64,000 bases of DNA. Source: Styela clava (lineage: Eukaryota). The notes below the pieces were generated by a model that saw only the letters and a program-made list of their open reading frames with translations, was not told the DNA's origin and ran no database searches. Made by a program: the position numbers and the translations under genes. The stretch is taken from the NCBI RefSeq assembly GCF_964204865.1, contig NC_135250.1:11284001-11348000 (forward strand), written 5' to 3'. Each line of letters begins with the position of its first letter. The first letter of the stretch is position 1. This document shows, piece by piece, positions 13,401-28,400 of the stretch.

Positions 13401-16400
13401 AGCTTCATTCTGTGCAGACACTCTAACACTGTACTCTTTATCTTGGGATAAACCAGTGATCTTTGGAAAAAAAAAAACGGTTATTATTAACATTCCATTC
13501 CCAACATCTCCGGGAGAATCTTCAAAATATATCTATAATCTCATACTAACCTTGTGAGACAGTGATTTTGTGATCACAATGTCTTCAAATTCATCAGAAT
13601 CTTCATCACAAAGCTGAACCAAATATCCAGTTATTCGACTTCCCCCATCATAGATTGGCTTTTCCCATGCAACAATAGCGCTCTTTGCCATCACATTAGC
13701 AATTTCAAATCTGAAAACTTGACCAGGTTCTTTAGTGACTTTAATTGCATCTTGAGTTTCTGTTGGTACACCAACACCATATTTGTTCTGAGCCATCACT
13801 CTGAAGACATACCTCTTCCCAGTTTCAAGTTTGGGAACAGTCCAAGATGGTACTTTACATTTTGTGGTAACTGTGGACCAAGCTCTTCTTTCCTCTTCTC
13901 TTTTTTCAATAACATAATTTGTTATCTCAGATCCTCCATCATTGAGTGGTTCTTCCCATTCAAGGGAAATCGATTCCAGTGTAATATCTTTTACTCTTAT
14001 AGGACCAGGCTCTCCAGGGGAATCCAAAACAAGAACAGAAATTGTAGTAGATTTTCGACCACTGCTATTGTCCAACGATACCATGTATTTATCTAAATAT
14101 TATTACAAAGTGTATTTGTTAGTATAAGTCTATGCAATGTTTGGGAGTCTTTATAATATTCAAGAAAAAGCAGACAATAAAAAAATACCTGTGTCATCTC
14201 TGTTACAATTTGGAATCATTAGAACAGAGTCCCAATCAGATGATTTAATTTCAGTGCGATTAATCATTAAATCAGCACCCATTCTTGACCAACAAGTACG
14301 AGGTACAGGACGGCCATTTATTCCAACTTTAAGTTTAATGGTGCTACCAGCTTTTACAACAACATCACTCTTGAAATCTTCATCCAAATTGAACTTCGGC
14401 GACTCTGAAATTAAGATAACAATGAATGAATCAATTGTCATAGATAGTTCACACTTTTTGTACCATGACGAAGTAAAAAATAAATTACCTATATATCTAT
14501 TTCTCATACAGAAAAGATAAAATCCCCAAAAAACAATAAACCACACCTTTAATATCCTTGGGAACAACGGCATCTGGTATATTGCATGGTTCGGATTCTC
14601 CAACCGAATTAACAGCCTTTACTCTAAGGAAATACTTCTTTGCTTCAACAAGACAAGTGGCTGTGAATCTAGTGGATGAACAAGAGCCTATTTTATAAAA
14701 CTGATCAGGCTTATCACCATCGGACAATTCAACGGCGTATGATGTTATTTCACTTCCTCCATTTTCAGTAGGTTTGTCCCAAGCAAGGTCAACAGTGCTG
14801 CTTGTGGTGTCGACTACTTTTGCTGATAGTGGACAGCTTGGTGCAACTAAAAATAAATCGATAAGAAGTGTGTTTAGATAATGAATGTAGATAAATAGTA
14901 TACAACTCATAATACATACATGTAGGATCTTTGGACACTTTAGGTACAGATGGATGACTGGGTTCACCAAGTCCTGCTAAATTTTCAGCAATCACTCTGA
15001 ATTCATATTCAAGTCCTTCAGAAAGACCAGTAACAATCATGGTCAATTCAAACGTTGATTTCCTACAGAAAAATTGGTGTGTTAATAAAAATATAATTTT
15101 TTTCATAGGCTGAATATGGACACTTGTATAACACATTTTCATAAATTTCCCTAAATGTATATGGTTATTTTCACATTACCTGTTAATTTTGCTCCAGTGT
15201 GTGGAATTAGTTTCTTTTTTCTCAAGATAATATCCAGTCACAGGTTTGCCTCCATCGTTTACCGGAGGTTTCCAAACAATCACCATTCTTTCTTTAGTTG
15301 CACTCGATATAATTGGTGCTTCTGGTGCACAAGGTACAGCTGAAATACAAAGAAATGATATTTAATCAAATAAAGGAGTTTACAAATTAAGACAATAGAA
15401 TGATTAATAGAATAGCACTTACTATAAGGATTCTTTGCTTCAACTGGATTGCTTACAAATCCTGCTCCAACACCATATTTGTTTTCTGCAGAAATTCGGA
15501 ATATATATTCATGTGTTGCAACTAATCCTCCTATTGTGATTTCATTTGACAATACATTTCCACTGACAACAATCCATGTTGGGCGTGATGTTTCTCTCCT
15601 AGAAAATTTAATTGATGCATTTTCATAAATGAAGACGGAATAAGATGGGATTTACATATTAATCGCGCAGGATAAGCGTTAGCACGGCTTAATCATATGG
15701 CAAACCATGATGTGTCACATCGCCAAAAAAAAGCTATCTGCGTTAGGCATATAAAGATCGTCTTACTTTTCAACAACATAATTAGAAACACTGGCTCCAC
15801 CATCATCTGTGGGACAGTTCCAAGACAAAGTTAATCTGTCTGCCATCACATTTGAAAATGTGCAAGGTCCTTGAGGAATTCCAGGCACATCAAGAACTTT
15901 GCATTTTACAGAAATGGAAGCAACACCAGAAGAATTTTCAGCAGTGACATCATAGATTCCGCCATCATTTCTCCTACAAAATCTGTGATGGATAAATGAA
16001 AAATTGAAAAAGTATTCAAAACATGAAATTCTAGATTTTTTCAACTACTTTTTCACCTTTTTGACTACTTGTTTTACCCCTTTGATCAGTTTTTTTACCT
16101 TTTTATTAATGTGGTTCTTGATCCGCTTGTATCAACTTGAATTGCTCCATCAGAGGTTGATTTGATAGTTTCACCACATATACTCCATCTCACTGTTGGT
16201 TTAGGTTTACCTTGCAGAAAGGCATCAATACCTAGATCTTGTCCTGATCGTACTTCAATGCCATTTGCACATGATGAATCCAACACTATAGCTGGTGCAA
16301 CTGTTGTTAAGATAGTTTTGTTTAAAAATTATTCATTAAAAATTATCAATAATATCTGAGAAATGATAGGTGGTAATTGGTATAACAAACTTGCCTAGTT

Positions 16401-19400
16401 CTTGTTTTATCAATATTGGCTCCGTAGGCTCTGATGGTTTCGATGTCACAACAGCAGTTTTAGCCAATACTCTGAAGCAATATTGCTCATCTTTATGTAG
16501 ATTCAAAAGAGTAACACTCGTTTCCACATTTCTGACAAAAAAAAAGGAGCGATTTAAAATATACAATTTTCAAAGCATTTTTAATTAGGCATACAGTTTA
16601 TTCAGTCTTACCTCGTTGTAACAAGCCTTGACCATTTACTATCCGGAAGTTTCTGCTTTTCAATGATGTATCCAAGAAGTTTAGCACCACCATCACTTCT
16701 TGGAGCAGTCCATTTTAGTTCTACGGTAGAATTTGATACATCAACAACTTCTGGTTTCCCAGGAGAATCTAAATTAAACAAAAAAATATGAATGGTATTT
16801 TTAAATAAGTTGATTCGGTATTGTATTAATGTATATTCATACAAAAGAATGTACGTACATACATAGCTTAACCATGACATCTAATTTAGTATATCTGATC
16901 GACCTAATTTAGCAGTGACCAACACCCAGATCTGTGGCATACGTGCATTTAGGGTTAGTGATGAAAATAACTTTTCAACAATCATGTAGGCGATTTCAGA
17001 TTTTTTACTCACCACATTGATCTCTAGCTACTGCAGCTTCAGTTGGTTGGCAGAACGGTCCAACACCAGCAGAATTACTGGCTTGAACTCTGAACTGATA
17101 TTCAGTTCCTTCAAGAAGACCGCCATCAACTAGCTCCCGTCGTTTTACGAGATTCTTGAAACAATAAAATAAGGTTTAAATAGTTGGTCAATTCTCATCT
17201 CACACTATATAAATTCTTGTGAATTCATAATTGATAAATATACATTTAATTCTCACCCTATTGATTCTTGTCCAAATCAGACTGCTAGCCTCTTTTCGCT
17301 CAACATTGTATCCTCTTACTGGATTTCCTCCATCTGTCACCGGAACTTCCCAAAGTAATGTGACAGCTTCTTTACCAACCTTTGCGATCCTCAATTGAGT
17401 AGGTACTCCCGGAGGGTCTAGATTTAAGTTTAATATCAATTATCCGAACAAATTAAAAGACAAAAATTTATTTTCTTTGTACTTACCGAATGGGTGTGTT
17501 GCTTTCACTGTTGAAGATGACAAATATTCACTTGATCCGTATTTGTTCTCCGCTCGAATTCGAAAAACATATTCACCGTTCTTATTTAAGTCAGTGACTC
17601 TCAGCTTTTCTCTGGAGATTTTGTTATTGATAACCTAAAAGTTGGTGACAAACATTGAGGAAAAGAAAAGGTAACAATCAAAATATAATTACAAAAACAA
17701 AAATATGTAAACAAACTTTAAATCCAGGATGTCCAATTTCAGACATTTCCACAACATAGTTTGAAATAGAAAGGCCACCATCATCTTCAGGAGCCTTCCA
17801 TACTATTGTTACTGTATCAACACTAATATCTTGAAATTCAACAGGTCCAACAGGTGTTGATGGTTGTGCTAGAGAATATCAAATTTATAATGATAGTATC
17901 TTTCGAGCATGGCTTCACAAAATAAAAACGAGGGCAAAAAATATTACTTACCTAGTACTTCTACTTTCACTTTTGACTGCACTTTACCATGTTGGTTTTC
18001 GACTCTGAGAATATATTCACCAGTATCTTTTCTTTTCGGTTTTTTCAAAGTCAGGCTATTCATGTTTTTGGTTTTTTGAATAATTATCTTTTCACTTTCT
18101 TGCAATGCCTCGTCATCTTTCATCCAGTATGAGGTTGGCTCAGGTTTTCCATGAATATGACCCTCAATCTTCAACCGTTCACCGCAGCGTACTTTGAGCT
18201 CTTTTGGTAATTTTATTACTGGACATTCTGAATTAGATACAAAAAGGTTAGAAAATGTCTTGCAGCCTGTCAAATATTTATTTTTTTTGCATGAAAAACT
18301 GTTGACTCACCAGCAGGTTCCTTTACTTCAATGAAGTCAGTTTCTCTGCCTGCACCAACACATTCTTCATTCTTTACTTTGATGCAAAATTGGTATTCTG
18401 TATCACTCGTAAGGTTAACAACAGTGACCCTGGGTTCAGCAACAGTTCTGAATTCGACCCAATCGGACATTTCCTCACTCTGTATAATATGACATACAAT
18501 TAAATATTATGGTGACAGCTCATATCCATAATAAAATATTTTCAGTAAGGATATAAAACCTGATATAACACAATGTATCCAGTAATTTTGCCACCACCAG
18601 TTCTTTCAGGTGGAGACCACATAAGGGAAACAGATGATTTGGTGATTTCAGTAATTCTCAATTTGTTTACTGCTCCTGGTTCCCCTGTGAAAATTTCAAT
18701 AAAATGACTAACTGTAAGTTCATGACAGTCCATTTCATATGTAGATAAGATGCTTACCAATAGGCTGGCGAGCTCGTACAGGTCTCACAGTCGCACATGA
18801 TGGTCCAGTCCCACACTTATTTTCAGCCATTACACGAAAATAGTATTCCTTGCCTTCAATAAGTTTTGGTACTCTGCAAGTATTGAAGAATTGGTCGAGG
18901 TAAATTTATTGATCACCACCAACAGATTAGGACAGAAATGTTTTGGGCCTCACAGTACAAGTATTACCACCAAAAATTGAAATAAAAATTTGACAATTAA
19001 GGTAGGTAAATATACCTGAATGACGTAGCTTCACAGGTTACTGATGCATTTGACCATGTTTTCATATCAGATTCCTTTTTTTCAATGATGTAATTGAAGA
19101 CTTCCGAACCACCATCATTATCAGTTGGTTCCCATTGAAGCAGAGCTGATACGGCATTAACATCTTTTACGGTTATATTTGTAACTGGTCCAGGAGTGTC
19201 TGTTTGTATAATTAAGATTAGATTTATTAGTATGTTTCATAGCGGTTAAAATTTAAATCTATTTGTAAAATAACTTCACCTAGTACTCTGACATCAACAC
19301 TGGCAATTTTAGTTCCTTTTGGATTGCTGATGGTTAGCATGTATTTGCCAGAGTCATAGCGGTTGGTGTTCTTGACTACCATTGTTGTTACACCTTTTGT

Positions 19401-22400
19401 AACGTCAACATTCGCACGGCGAGAAAGTGTAGATCCCTTAAACGCAAGTATAAAATATTGAACAATAAAAATGATGCCAGAAGCGTCAGTCACAAATGAA
19501 ATTTACCTCTTTTATCCATTTGATTGCAGGTTCAGGTCGACCTTTTACAGTGGCTGACAAATGAAGAGGCAATCCAGCTTTCAATTCAATAACCTCTTCA
19601 GCAAATTTAGCATCGAGTATAATCTCTGGTTCTTCTAAGATATCTGCTGGTTTTACTGTTCCAGGAACTTGTGCTGGGGTGCCGACTCCAACATTACTAA
19701 AAGCTGAAATCCTGAAGTTGTATGCCAATTGTGGACTGAGGTTGCTTATGAGTGCATTAGTATTTCGCAATGGGCCGATTCCAGTGTTACACTTTTTCCA
19801 TTCATTAAGTCCATCAATGCAAGATTCTACAATGTAACCTAAGATCCTTGAGCCTCTATTAGATACTGGAACATCCCAGGCAAGTTTGACAGTATTTCTA
19901 GAAGCAAAATATAAAAATGTCATTAAATTATACAATTTTATATTTAATTCAGGATTGTGCAACCTGCAGGCCGTTGGCCAATGCAGCTCACAAAGAAAAA
20001 GCTGAAAAAGCATGAGACTTGCAGAAAGGTGCCAATTTTAAACAGCATGCAGCACAGTTTTAGCTGGTACGCGAGCATAATCTCAATCCCTTTGCATTGC
20101 AAAGCCAATACCAGAGTCAAATTTATTATCTATGCCCATGATGTCACTATGTGCTAACAGGCAGTTCGTGCACAGCCAACAAATATTTTTGTGCCTTCAA
20201 CCACTAGAAAGCCTATGTTAAATAAAGATTCAACCTGCGATTTCACCCAATTATTTGTATCAGGCCCTCCTGTATAAAAGGTTGCACACCCCTGTTGTTA
20301 AGTCTTACTTACTTTGTTGTATCAAGTACTTTTGGATTTAGTGGCTCAGTTGGAACAACAATCGGATCTTTTGCTAGTATAGGTTTGGATGCTTCACTGG
20401 GTTTTCCCTTGCCAATCTTATTTTCAGCAACAACTCGAAATTGATATTCATAACCTTGTGATAATCCTTCAACTTTAATTCTAAAACAATAGAAGCATAT
20501 TAATCCACGATAATAGGTAAGTGCTGCCAGTGCTGATAGAAAGAGTAAACAAAATATTACTCTGTATTGACGATTGCTTTAGTGTTACAAGATGACCATG
20601 TTCCAGCGGACTTTTCACGTTTTTCAATATAATATCCAACAATATCACATCCACCACTGTTTTCTGGTTGACACCAACAAAGTTCTGCCATATTGTTTCC
20701 AATCTTAGTTATTTCTGGTGGTGAAGATCGGCCAGGAACATCTTGGGAGAAAAAGTGAAGAATAGAAATTAATTTTGAACAATAACATTTCAATATGAAC
20801 TTGTTTAGCCTATTAATAAAATTCGCACATCTTACCGAATGGGCTTTTTGCTAACACATGTTCAGAACATAGAGGCTTTCCAGTTCCGAACTTGTTTTGA
20901 GCGCTTACACGGAACATGTATTGATTGCCTTCCAGCAGTCGTGGAACATTATAAGTGCATTCTGCCACAGAGTTGGTAACGATGGACCATACCTGAAAAG
21001 CATGGTAGATTGTAAACCTGAGTACCGGTATAAATTTTGCTGCACAAATTTTTTTTACTTCCGAGTTCTTAACTGAAAGTGGAGAAAGTTTTAGTAAAAA
21101 GAATTGTCTTTAGCCATCAAATTCTTGAAGCACTCAGAGACATAACATAATAGGTTTGTCTTGAACAAAATTTAAGTTTAATCAGGTTGCAACGCTACAA
21201 TTGAAACAGCTAGGTGAAAGGGTAATTTCCAAATAGGATAGATTTCAGGAAGATGTTTCCATACAAATTTGGTTGACAATCCAAAATCTTCACAAAGTAT
21301 GAATAAAAATCAATGATTAATTCGTGAAATATTCAAGGATCGTTTTGGTAGGACGTAGGGTAGGGAAGACAATTCAGATTGATAACTCCATTGTAATATT
21401 TATAAAATTAACAATTCAAAAATTACCATCTTTCCAGTTTCACATTTCTCTACCATGTAATTTGTTATAGCAGATCCACCATCATCCCCAGGAGTCTCCC
21501 ATGAAATAGTGCAGCGATCATGCTTGACAGCAACAATGTTTACTTTGTTTTTACAAATACCAGGTTTATCTGTAACACAGATAAGATATGATATAATATA
21601 AATATATATAGATAAGATGGAAGATATGAAGTACAAAATCATGGCAATGCCTTTGAAGAAAAGTTACATTTACTTACCTTGGACAATAATTTTGACTGTA
21701 GTCTGGAAAAGTCCTACAGAGTTTGTTGCAGTCAAAACATACTCGCCACAATCCTCCCTTTTACAATTTTGGATAATCAGTTGGGAAGTGTCATCACCCC
21801 ATTTAACACAGGTTCTTGCTTCATCCATTGTTTTGTCACCAGCACGAGACCATGTTGCATCAGGAGTTGGTTGACCACGAACTATTGCATTAATAATTAT
21901 ATCTTCGGAGGCTTTTGCTATAATTTCACCATTCTCCATTGATGTGATGATTTTTATTGAAGGATCCACCAAATTTTCACATGCTTCTACATACTCCTTA
22001 ATGACAGTAGGTTGACTCAAGCCTGCCTTGTTTCTTGCCATTACACCAAGCCGATATTCCACATTTTCTTCAAGATTGTCAATGCTAAATAAAGTTGTAG
22101 AAGATAAAGATAAATCACTTTAAACAGATACTCTTGCTTAGCTACTGTAGATCCATTCAAAAAAAAAATTAAGCGATACTTACGTAAATTTACAATCTAA
22201 TGCATTTGTAGTGAATTCTTTCCATTCCTTGGTACCTCGCTTCATCAAAACCACTTGATAACCAGAGATTTTACTGCCACCATCATTTTCAGGTTTTGTC
22301 CAAGCCAAAGTAATACAAGAGGGTGTGGTTGTTATAACATGAACATCTTTTGGTGACTGAGGTTTCTGGAGATTTCAACAAATTTTTATGATGATAATGG

Positions 22401-25400
22401 TAGATTCTATTTTTAGCGTTTATTTAAGGAAAGTTTGGAGAATGTGACCATACAACCATATATAATGGCAAAACTTCCAAACAACTCAATCCTAAATATT
22501 GATTCTAACAGGATTCAAAGCTGGAAACAGCTAAATACATTCTGCATTTAGTTGCCGGATATTTTATAACGTATAATTTTGACAACAGTTTACCTGAGCA
22601 GGGTCAGATGCAATAACTGGTGTTGGCATAAAAAATGCTTCTCCAACTCCACAGCGATTTTCTGCTGAAACTTTAAAGTGGTATTCACAGTCTTCGACCA
22701 TCGGAACTTTGATCATCTTTTTTGTTCCTGGAAATTTAAACCTTATTACAGCATATCCATGTGTTTTTATTCTACAAGAAATAGAAATATGTAATGAGAA
22801 ATTACCTCCTGGTCCAACAATAGTCCATCCCAGGGATGCAAATCCAGTCAATGATGGTACTTTCATTTCCAAAATATAATTGTGGATATCAACACCTCCA
22901 TCATCCTTTGGTGGTTCCCAAGAAATGATGCATGATTTTTTGGTGATATAGCTAGCTCTGAGGTTACGGCATACACCAGGTTTATCTGAAGTAAATAATA
23001 TTAGAATTACTACATTGCATTAATTTGATTCAAAATGTTAACCCTTTTTTTGGTTATTATAACTTACCAAGAATGTTAACTTCAACCTTGGCACTGGCAT
23101 CACCCGCTTTATTATTTGCTTTGATGATGTACATTCCAGTATGTTCACGTTGTACATCTTTTATATAAAGCCTGGTGCTAGATTCGTTGCTGTAACAAAA
23201 GCACAATGGGTCGATATTCAAGATATATGCAATACCAAAAAGCAGGTATTTAAATTAATATAATTTTTACCTTGTAATATCAGCTATAGTTTGATCAACT
23301 GCTGCACCTGCTTTCATCCACGTTATACTTGGAATAGGTTTACCCACAATTCTGGCTTTTAGTTTCATGGTCTCGCCAACACGATACTTGACTTTTTCAG
23401 ACATGTAGCCATCCAAGAAAATAGCTGGTTTTTCAACCTGATCTTTTATTACCACACTTTGAGCAATCTCTCTGGGTTCACTTTCACCAATTTCATTTTC
23501 AGCCAAAACACGGAATCTATAACAAATATTCATAGACATTAAGCTCAAGTAAAGCAAAGAAAACATATCGTTATAATTAAGGATTCGGAATAATTTATTT
23601 ATCGATATTCTATATCTTCTCGAAAAGTAAAGCAAAGAAAACATATTGTAATAATTAAGGATTCAGTATAATTTATTTACCGATATTCTATATCTTCTCG
23701 AAGCCCAGGTGCTTTGAAATGACAGTGTGATATAGCAGTTTGATTAACTCTAGCCCATTCTGCCTTTTTCTCTGAAAGATTATTTCCTGAGATTTTGAGA
23801 CATTCAACAAAATATCCAGATATAGGACATCCACCATCTTTTAGAGGAGCTTGCCATGATAATGTAGCAGATATTCGATCATAGTCAACTATCTTAGCAT
23901 TGAGTGGTATTCCAGGTACAGCTGCAGAAATAATTTGAATATTAATACCCTTGAAAGTTTTGACTAGTTCGAAAATATATATGACACTTACATAAAGGCC
24001 TAGATATCTTGACGATTTCAGTTTGCTCAGAACTTTTACCAAATCCAGCAGAGTTTTCAGCTGTCACTCTGAATGCATAGCTACGACCTTCGAAAAGTCC
24101 TTTCACTCGAAGATTGAAACCAAGAATAGGATCATGTGTTACTTTTGCCCAACGTCCACTTTCTTTGTCAAACCTTTCGATGGTGTACCTGTAGACAAAA
24201 ATTACCAAATTTAATAAACTTAAGTTTGCAAAAGTTTGTCAAAAATTACCTTAAACTTACCCTGTAATTGGACTTCCACCATTACTTTCAGGAGCCTTCC
24301 AGTGAACAGAGCATGCAGTCTCGGTGATGTCCATGACTCTAGGTGTTGGGGGAGTTCCAGGGACATCTGCAAAAAATATACTTAAATAAAAACAGAACCA
24401 ACGACATAACATTTTAGCCTTATTATACAAAACTCACCAAAAGCATGTTTAGCTACTTCGGGTGCTGACTCGAGAGCATCACTAAAACCGTGACGATTTT
24501 CAGCCCGTACTCTGAAAAGATATTCTTTGCCTTTTACTAATCGAGGAACACTGCATGTTGTTCTAGTTCCATGTTGGCTAACAATTCTCCAAGTCTGAAA
24601 TGCCAAAATAAAAATGTTTTAGCACCAGTTTAATCAAAGAAACGAGATGAGGTATTTTTAATTGCGTACATTTTTCTCTGTGTCCTTTTTCTCAACAATG
24701 TAGTTCTGAATTTGCATGCCACCATCATCTTTTGGAGGTCGCCAAGATATAATGGCATGGCTAGGAGTCATTTCTTCAATAGTTAGTGGGCCGATTGGTG
24801 GAGATGGTCGATCTGAAACACGATTATTTTGTAAGTAAATATACTACCGATAAATACAATAAATCACTATGAAGAAATAAATAAACTTACCAAGAACTGT
24901 TACATACACACATGCATTTTTCACTCCCGCTTCATTCTTTACAGTTAAAGTGTATTCTTGAGTATCAGTTCTTATCACATCTTTTATTGTGAGAACACTT
25001 GTATGGCCATCATATTCCAGTGTAACATGATCGTTGGATTCCAGCACAGATCCATCTATGGTAGTCCATTGTGCAGATGGTACTGGTAATCCATGAAGAA
25101 TTGCAGGTATTCGAACAGTTGCACCAGCACGAACTGAAATTCAAAATTATAGACTCAAAAAATTTCTCACAACGATACGCTGCCATAGAACCTCACGGCG
25201 ATACACTGCCATAAAACTCGAAAATCACATTGTTACAGTAAAGTTCACCAACAAGCAGAGAAATATCTACGAAATAGTGTTTTTGAAACATATTTACCAG
25301 TGAGTCCTTCCAGCGTCTTCATATTGATCTCAATTGAAGGAGGTGCTAACTTCTGAATAGGAGCTACAGGCATGGTGTAATCAGGGGAGCTCTGACCAAT

Positions 25401-28400
25401 TTCGTTGATGGAGCACACTTTAATTTTGTATAGAACTCCTTCTTTCAAACCTAAGTGAGCATTATAATGCATTTGTTGAAAATTAGAAAGATCGTAAAAT
25501 CTAAAATCTAAAGACTGCAATAACAATATTCTGATGAATATTATTCAATATTGGAAAAGAGCTGTTATAATTACCCTTTACAAGACAATTTGTATCTTGG
25601 ACAATTCCATATGTAATCCACTTCTCCATCTGTTGAGTCTGCTTAAATTTCTCCATTTGTTCAGTTATTTCAGAATATTCCACATTGTAGCCTGATAAAA
25701 ACACATCAAATTAAATATATGATGCAATAGTTTCTTTAACAACTCATTTAAAAAAATCTCGGTGTAAAACCTGTGATGGTTGAGCCTCCATCTCGTACTG
25801 GTTGTTCCCAAGTCACATGTACAGAATCCACATCAACATCCGAAATTTCAAGTTGTTTTGGTGGAGCAGGAGGGTGCATAGGATCCAAGGCAATTATTTC
25901 ATCAGATTCTGTCCAGGGACTGCAACCAAATTGATTTTCTGCACAGATTCTGTAATGTGAAATATACAAAATTTTAATAACTACAAAATTAAAGGTCAAT
26001 TATAGAGTAAGCAAGTGAGAACAATTACCTGAATTTATAATGGTGACCTTCATTTAAATAATTAATAACCATACTGGTCTTTTTGGTAGACACTGAAACA
26101 GTTTTCCATATCTGAGTTTCTGAGCTGTACTTTTCAATTCTGCAAAATAATATTTTTTATCAAAAGAATACTAACCAGACATCTTATGATTGTTTTTAAA
26201 CAAGATTTGTCAACCTACTTGTAGTTAGAAAGAATAACTCCACCAGTATCACATGGTGCATCCCATCTCATGTAACAAAAGTCTGATGAAACTTCAGAGA
26301 TTCTTATGTTCAATGGTGCGGTGGGAACATTAAGCACAGTAACATTTACAGAAATTGCTTTACGTCCAACAGAGCTCTTTGCAACTAATGTATATTTTCC
26401 ACTATCCCCTCGGTTCTGTGAATATTTGAAAAAAAAAATTATACAAATAAAATAGTCTTCACCAAATCTTATCACTAGCAAGTACAGCAAAACAACAAAC
26501 AAAATGACACAACTTACAGAATTCTCCATCACAAGCTGTGCAAGGCCATTTGAAATCTTCAAATCACATTTGCACCTTTCATCTTCAATAGGTTTGTTAT
26601 CCTTTTCCCAGTACACTGAAGGGAAGGGTTTGCCAACCACAATTGCTCTTAGACAAATATTCATGCCGAATTTGACATTTTGCTCTCTTGACATACTTGC
26701 TTCTGGTTGGATCACTGGAGCATCTAAAAATGAACAGAAAAACTTATTTATCTGATTTTGCTCAAACTTAAATACCTTGAAGAATCCAATGTAAATCAAA
26801 CCTACTTGTGTTAACCTTCACAATAACAGAGTTCTTGATTTCAACTGGTTCACTTGATCCTGCTTTGTTAACAGCAGTAACCCGCAATTTATATTCTGTA
26901 TTTGTCTGGAGATCAGTGATTGAGCAGCTTGTCTCTTTTTGTGTATCATTAGTGCATGCTACTTCCCAAGTTTCATGTCCCACCAGAAGTGTCTCAACAA
27001 TATACCCAATAATAGGAGAACCGCCATCATGCCTTGGTGTTGTCCAGCTGATGTCAACAGAAGTTTCATTGTAATCATCAATTACTGGGTTTACGGGAAC
27101 AGTGGGAGGAGATATTGGGTTTGCAGCAAGCACTGATCGTGATGGTGCAGATCTTTTTCCAAAACCAATACTGTTCTCTGCTCGAACACGGAACTCGTAT
27201 TCCTTTCCTTCAATAAGGCCAGTAACATTGTACCGTCGCTCATTGATCAGCTCCTAGTGGGGAAATAGTAAATTAAACATTTTAATAGATGAAAAAGGTT
27301 CTATAATAATATTTCATATTCTGTACAAACCTTAGTTACTCTAACCCATCTCTCTTCACTGAGGTCCCGTTTCTCAACAGCATAGTTGAAAATAACTTTA
27401 CCACCATCATAGGGCTTATTCCATGCAATACTTGCACTATCTTTATGAACCTCCTTCACAATGGGGGCATCTGGAGCACCAGGGACACAATATCTATCTT
27501 TAGCAGCAATAACTGGAGTATCTGCTGAATCAGAGATACCTTGGGCATTCTCGGCCATTACACGGAACACATATTCGCCACCTTCTAATTTGCTTATTCT
27601 AATTTCAGTTTTTTGTAATGTAGAGTTAACAGAATTCCACATCATACGAGAAGCATCTTAAATAAATAATAATAATAATAATTACAACCAATATCACAAT
27701 ACAATTCCACACTCAATACAGTAAAAGCTATTTCCAACATACCTCGTTTCTCTATAACATAATTGGTGATTTCAGTACCGCCGTTATCAGCTGGTGCTTC
27801 CCACGAAAGAATGACATATGACCGAGTGATCTCTTTCACATACAGTCCTCTGGGTGGAGTAGGTTTGTCTGAAGATGCATTTATAGTTATAAGTTCAAAT
27901 AGAAATGTTAAAAAAGAACACATTGATTATTAGAAAAATATATATCAGGTATGAAAAGATACTCACCGACCACCATAAGAAGAACTTTGGCATCTCGTAT
28001 GCCACCAGCATTCTGCACTGTGATTTTGTACAAGCCACTATCAGAACGGACGCCTTTTCTCGATGTGATTATGCTAGATGTTGGTGTATTTTTTATCTAA
28101 ATGAATATTTATACAATTATTTTTGATCAAACGTTTTGATGCACCAACAATTTTAATAATTACAACATACACTAAATCTTCCTTCATCTGATGGAACCAG
28201 TGCTCCTGATCTCTCCCAAGTGACTTTAGGTCTAGGGCGACCAGTTATCTTGGCAAATATCATGTATGGTTCGCCAACTCTGACAATAATTTTTTCACGA
28301 GCCTCCAATTGTAATGTGGGTGGTTCTGAAAGCAATGCAATTTATCAAGATGTTTAATCACTAGTAGATATAAAAGAAAACTACGAAAAAAACTTCTTAC

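Noticed and set aside
16948-16958. TTAGGGTTAG telomere-like motif
   Set aside because: Fewer than two full units; expected by chance or from a repeat remnant.
25166-25217. 26-bp intronic direct repeat
   Set aside because: Two diverged copies only; an ordinary slippage product.
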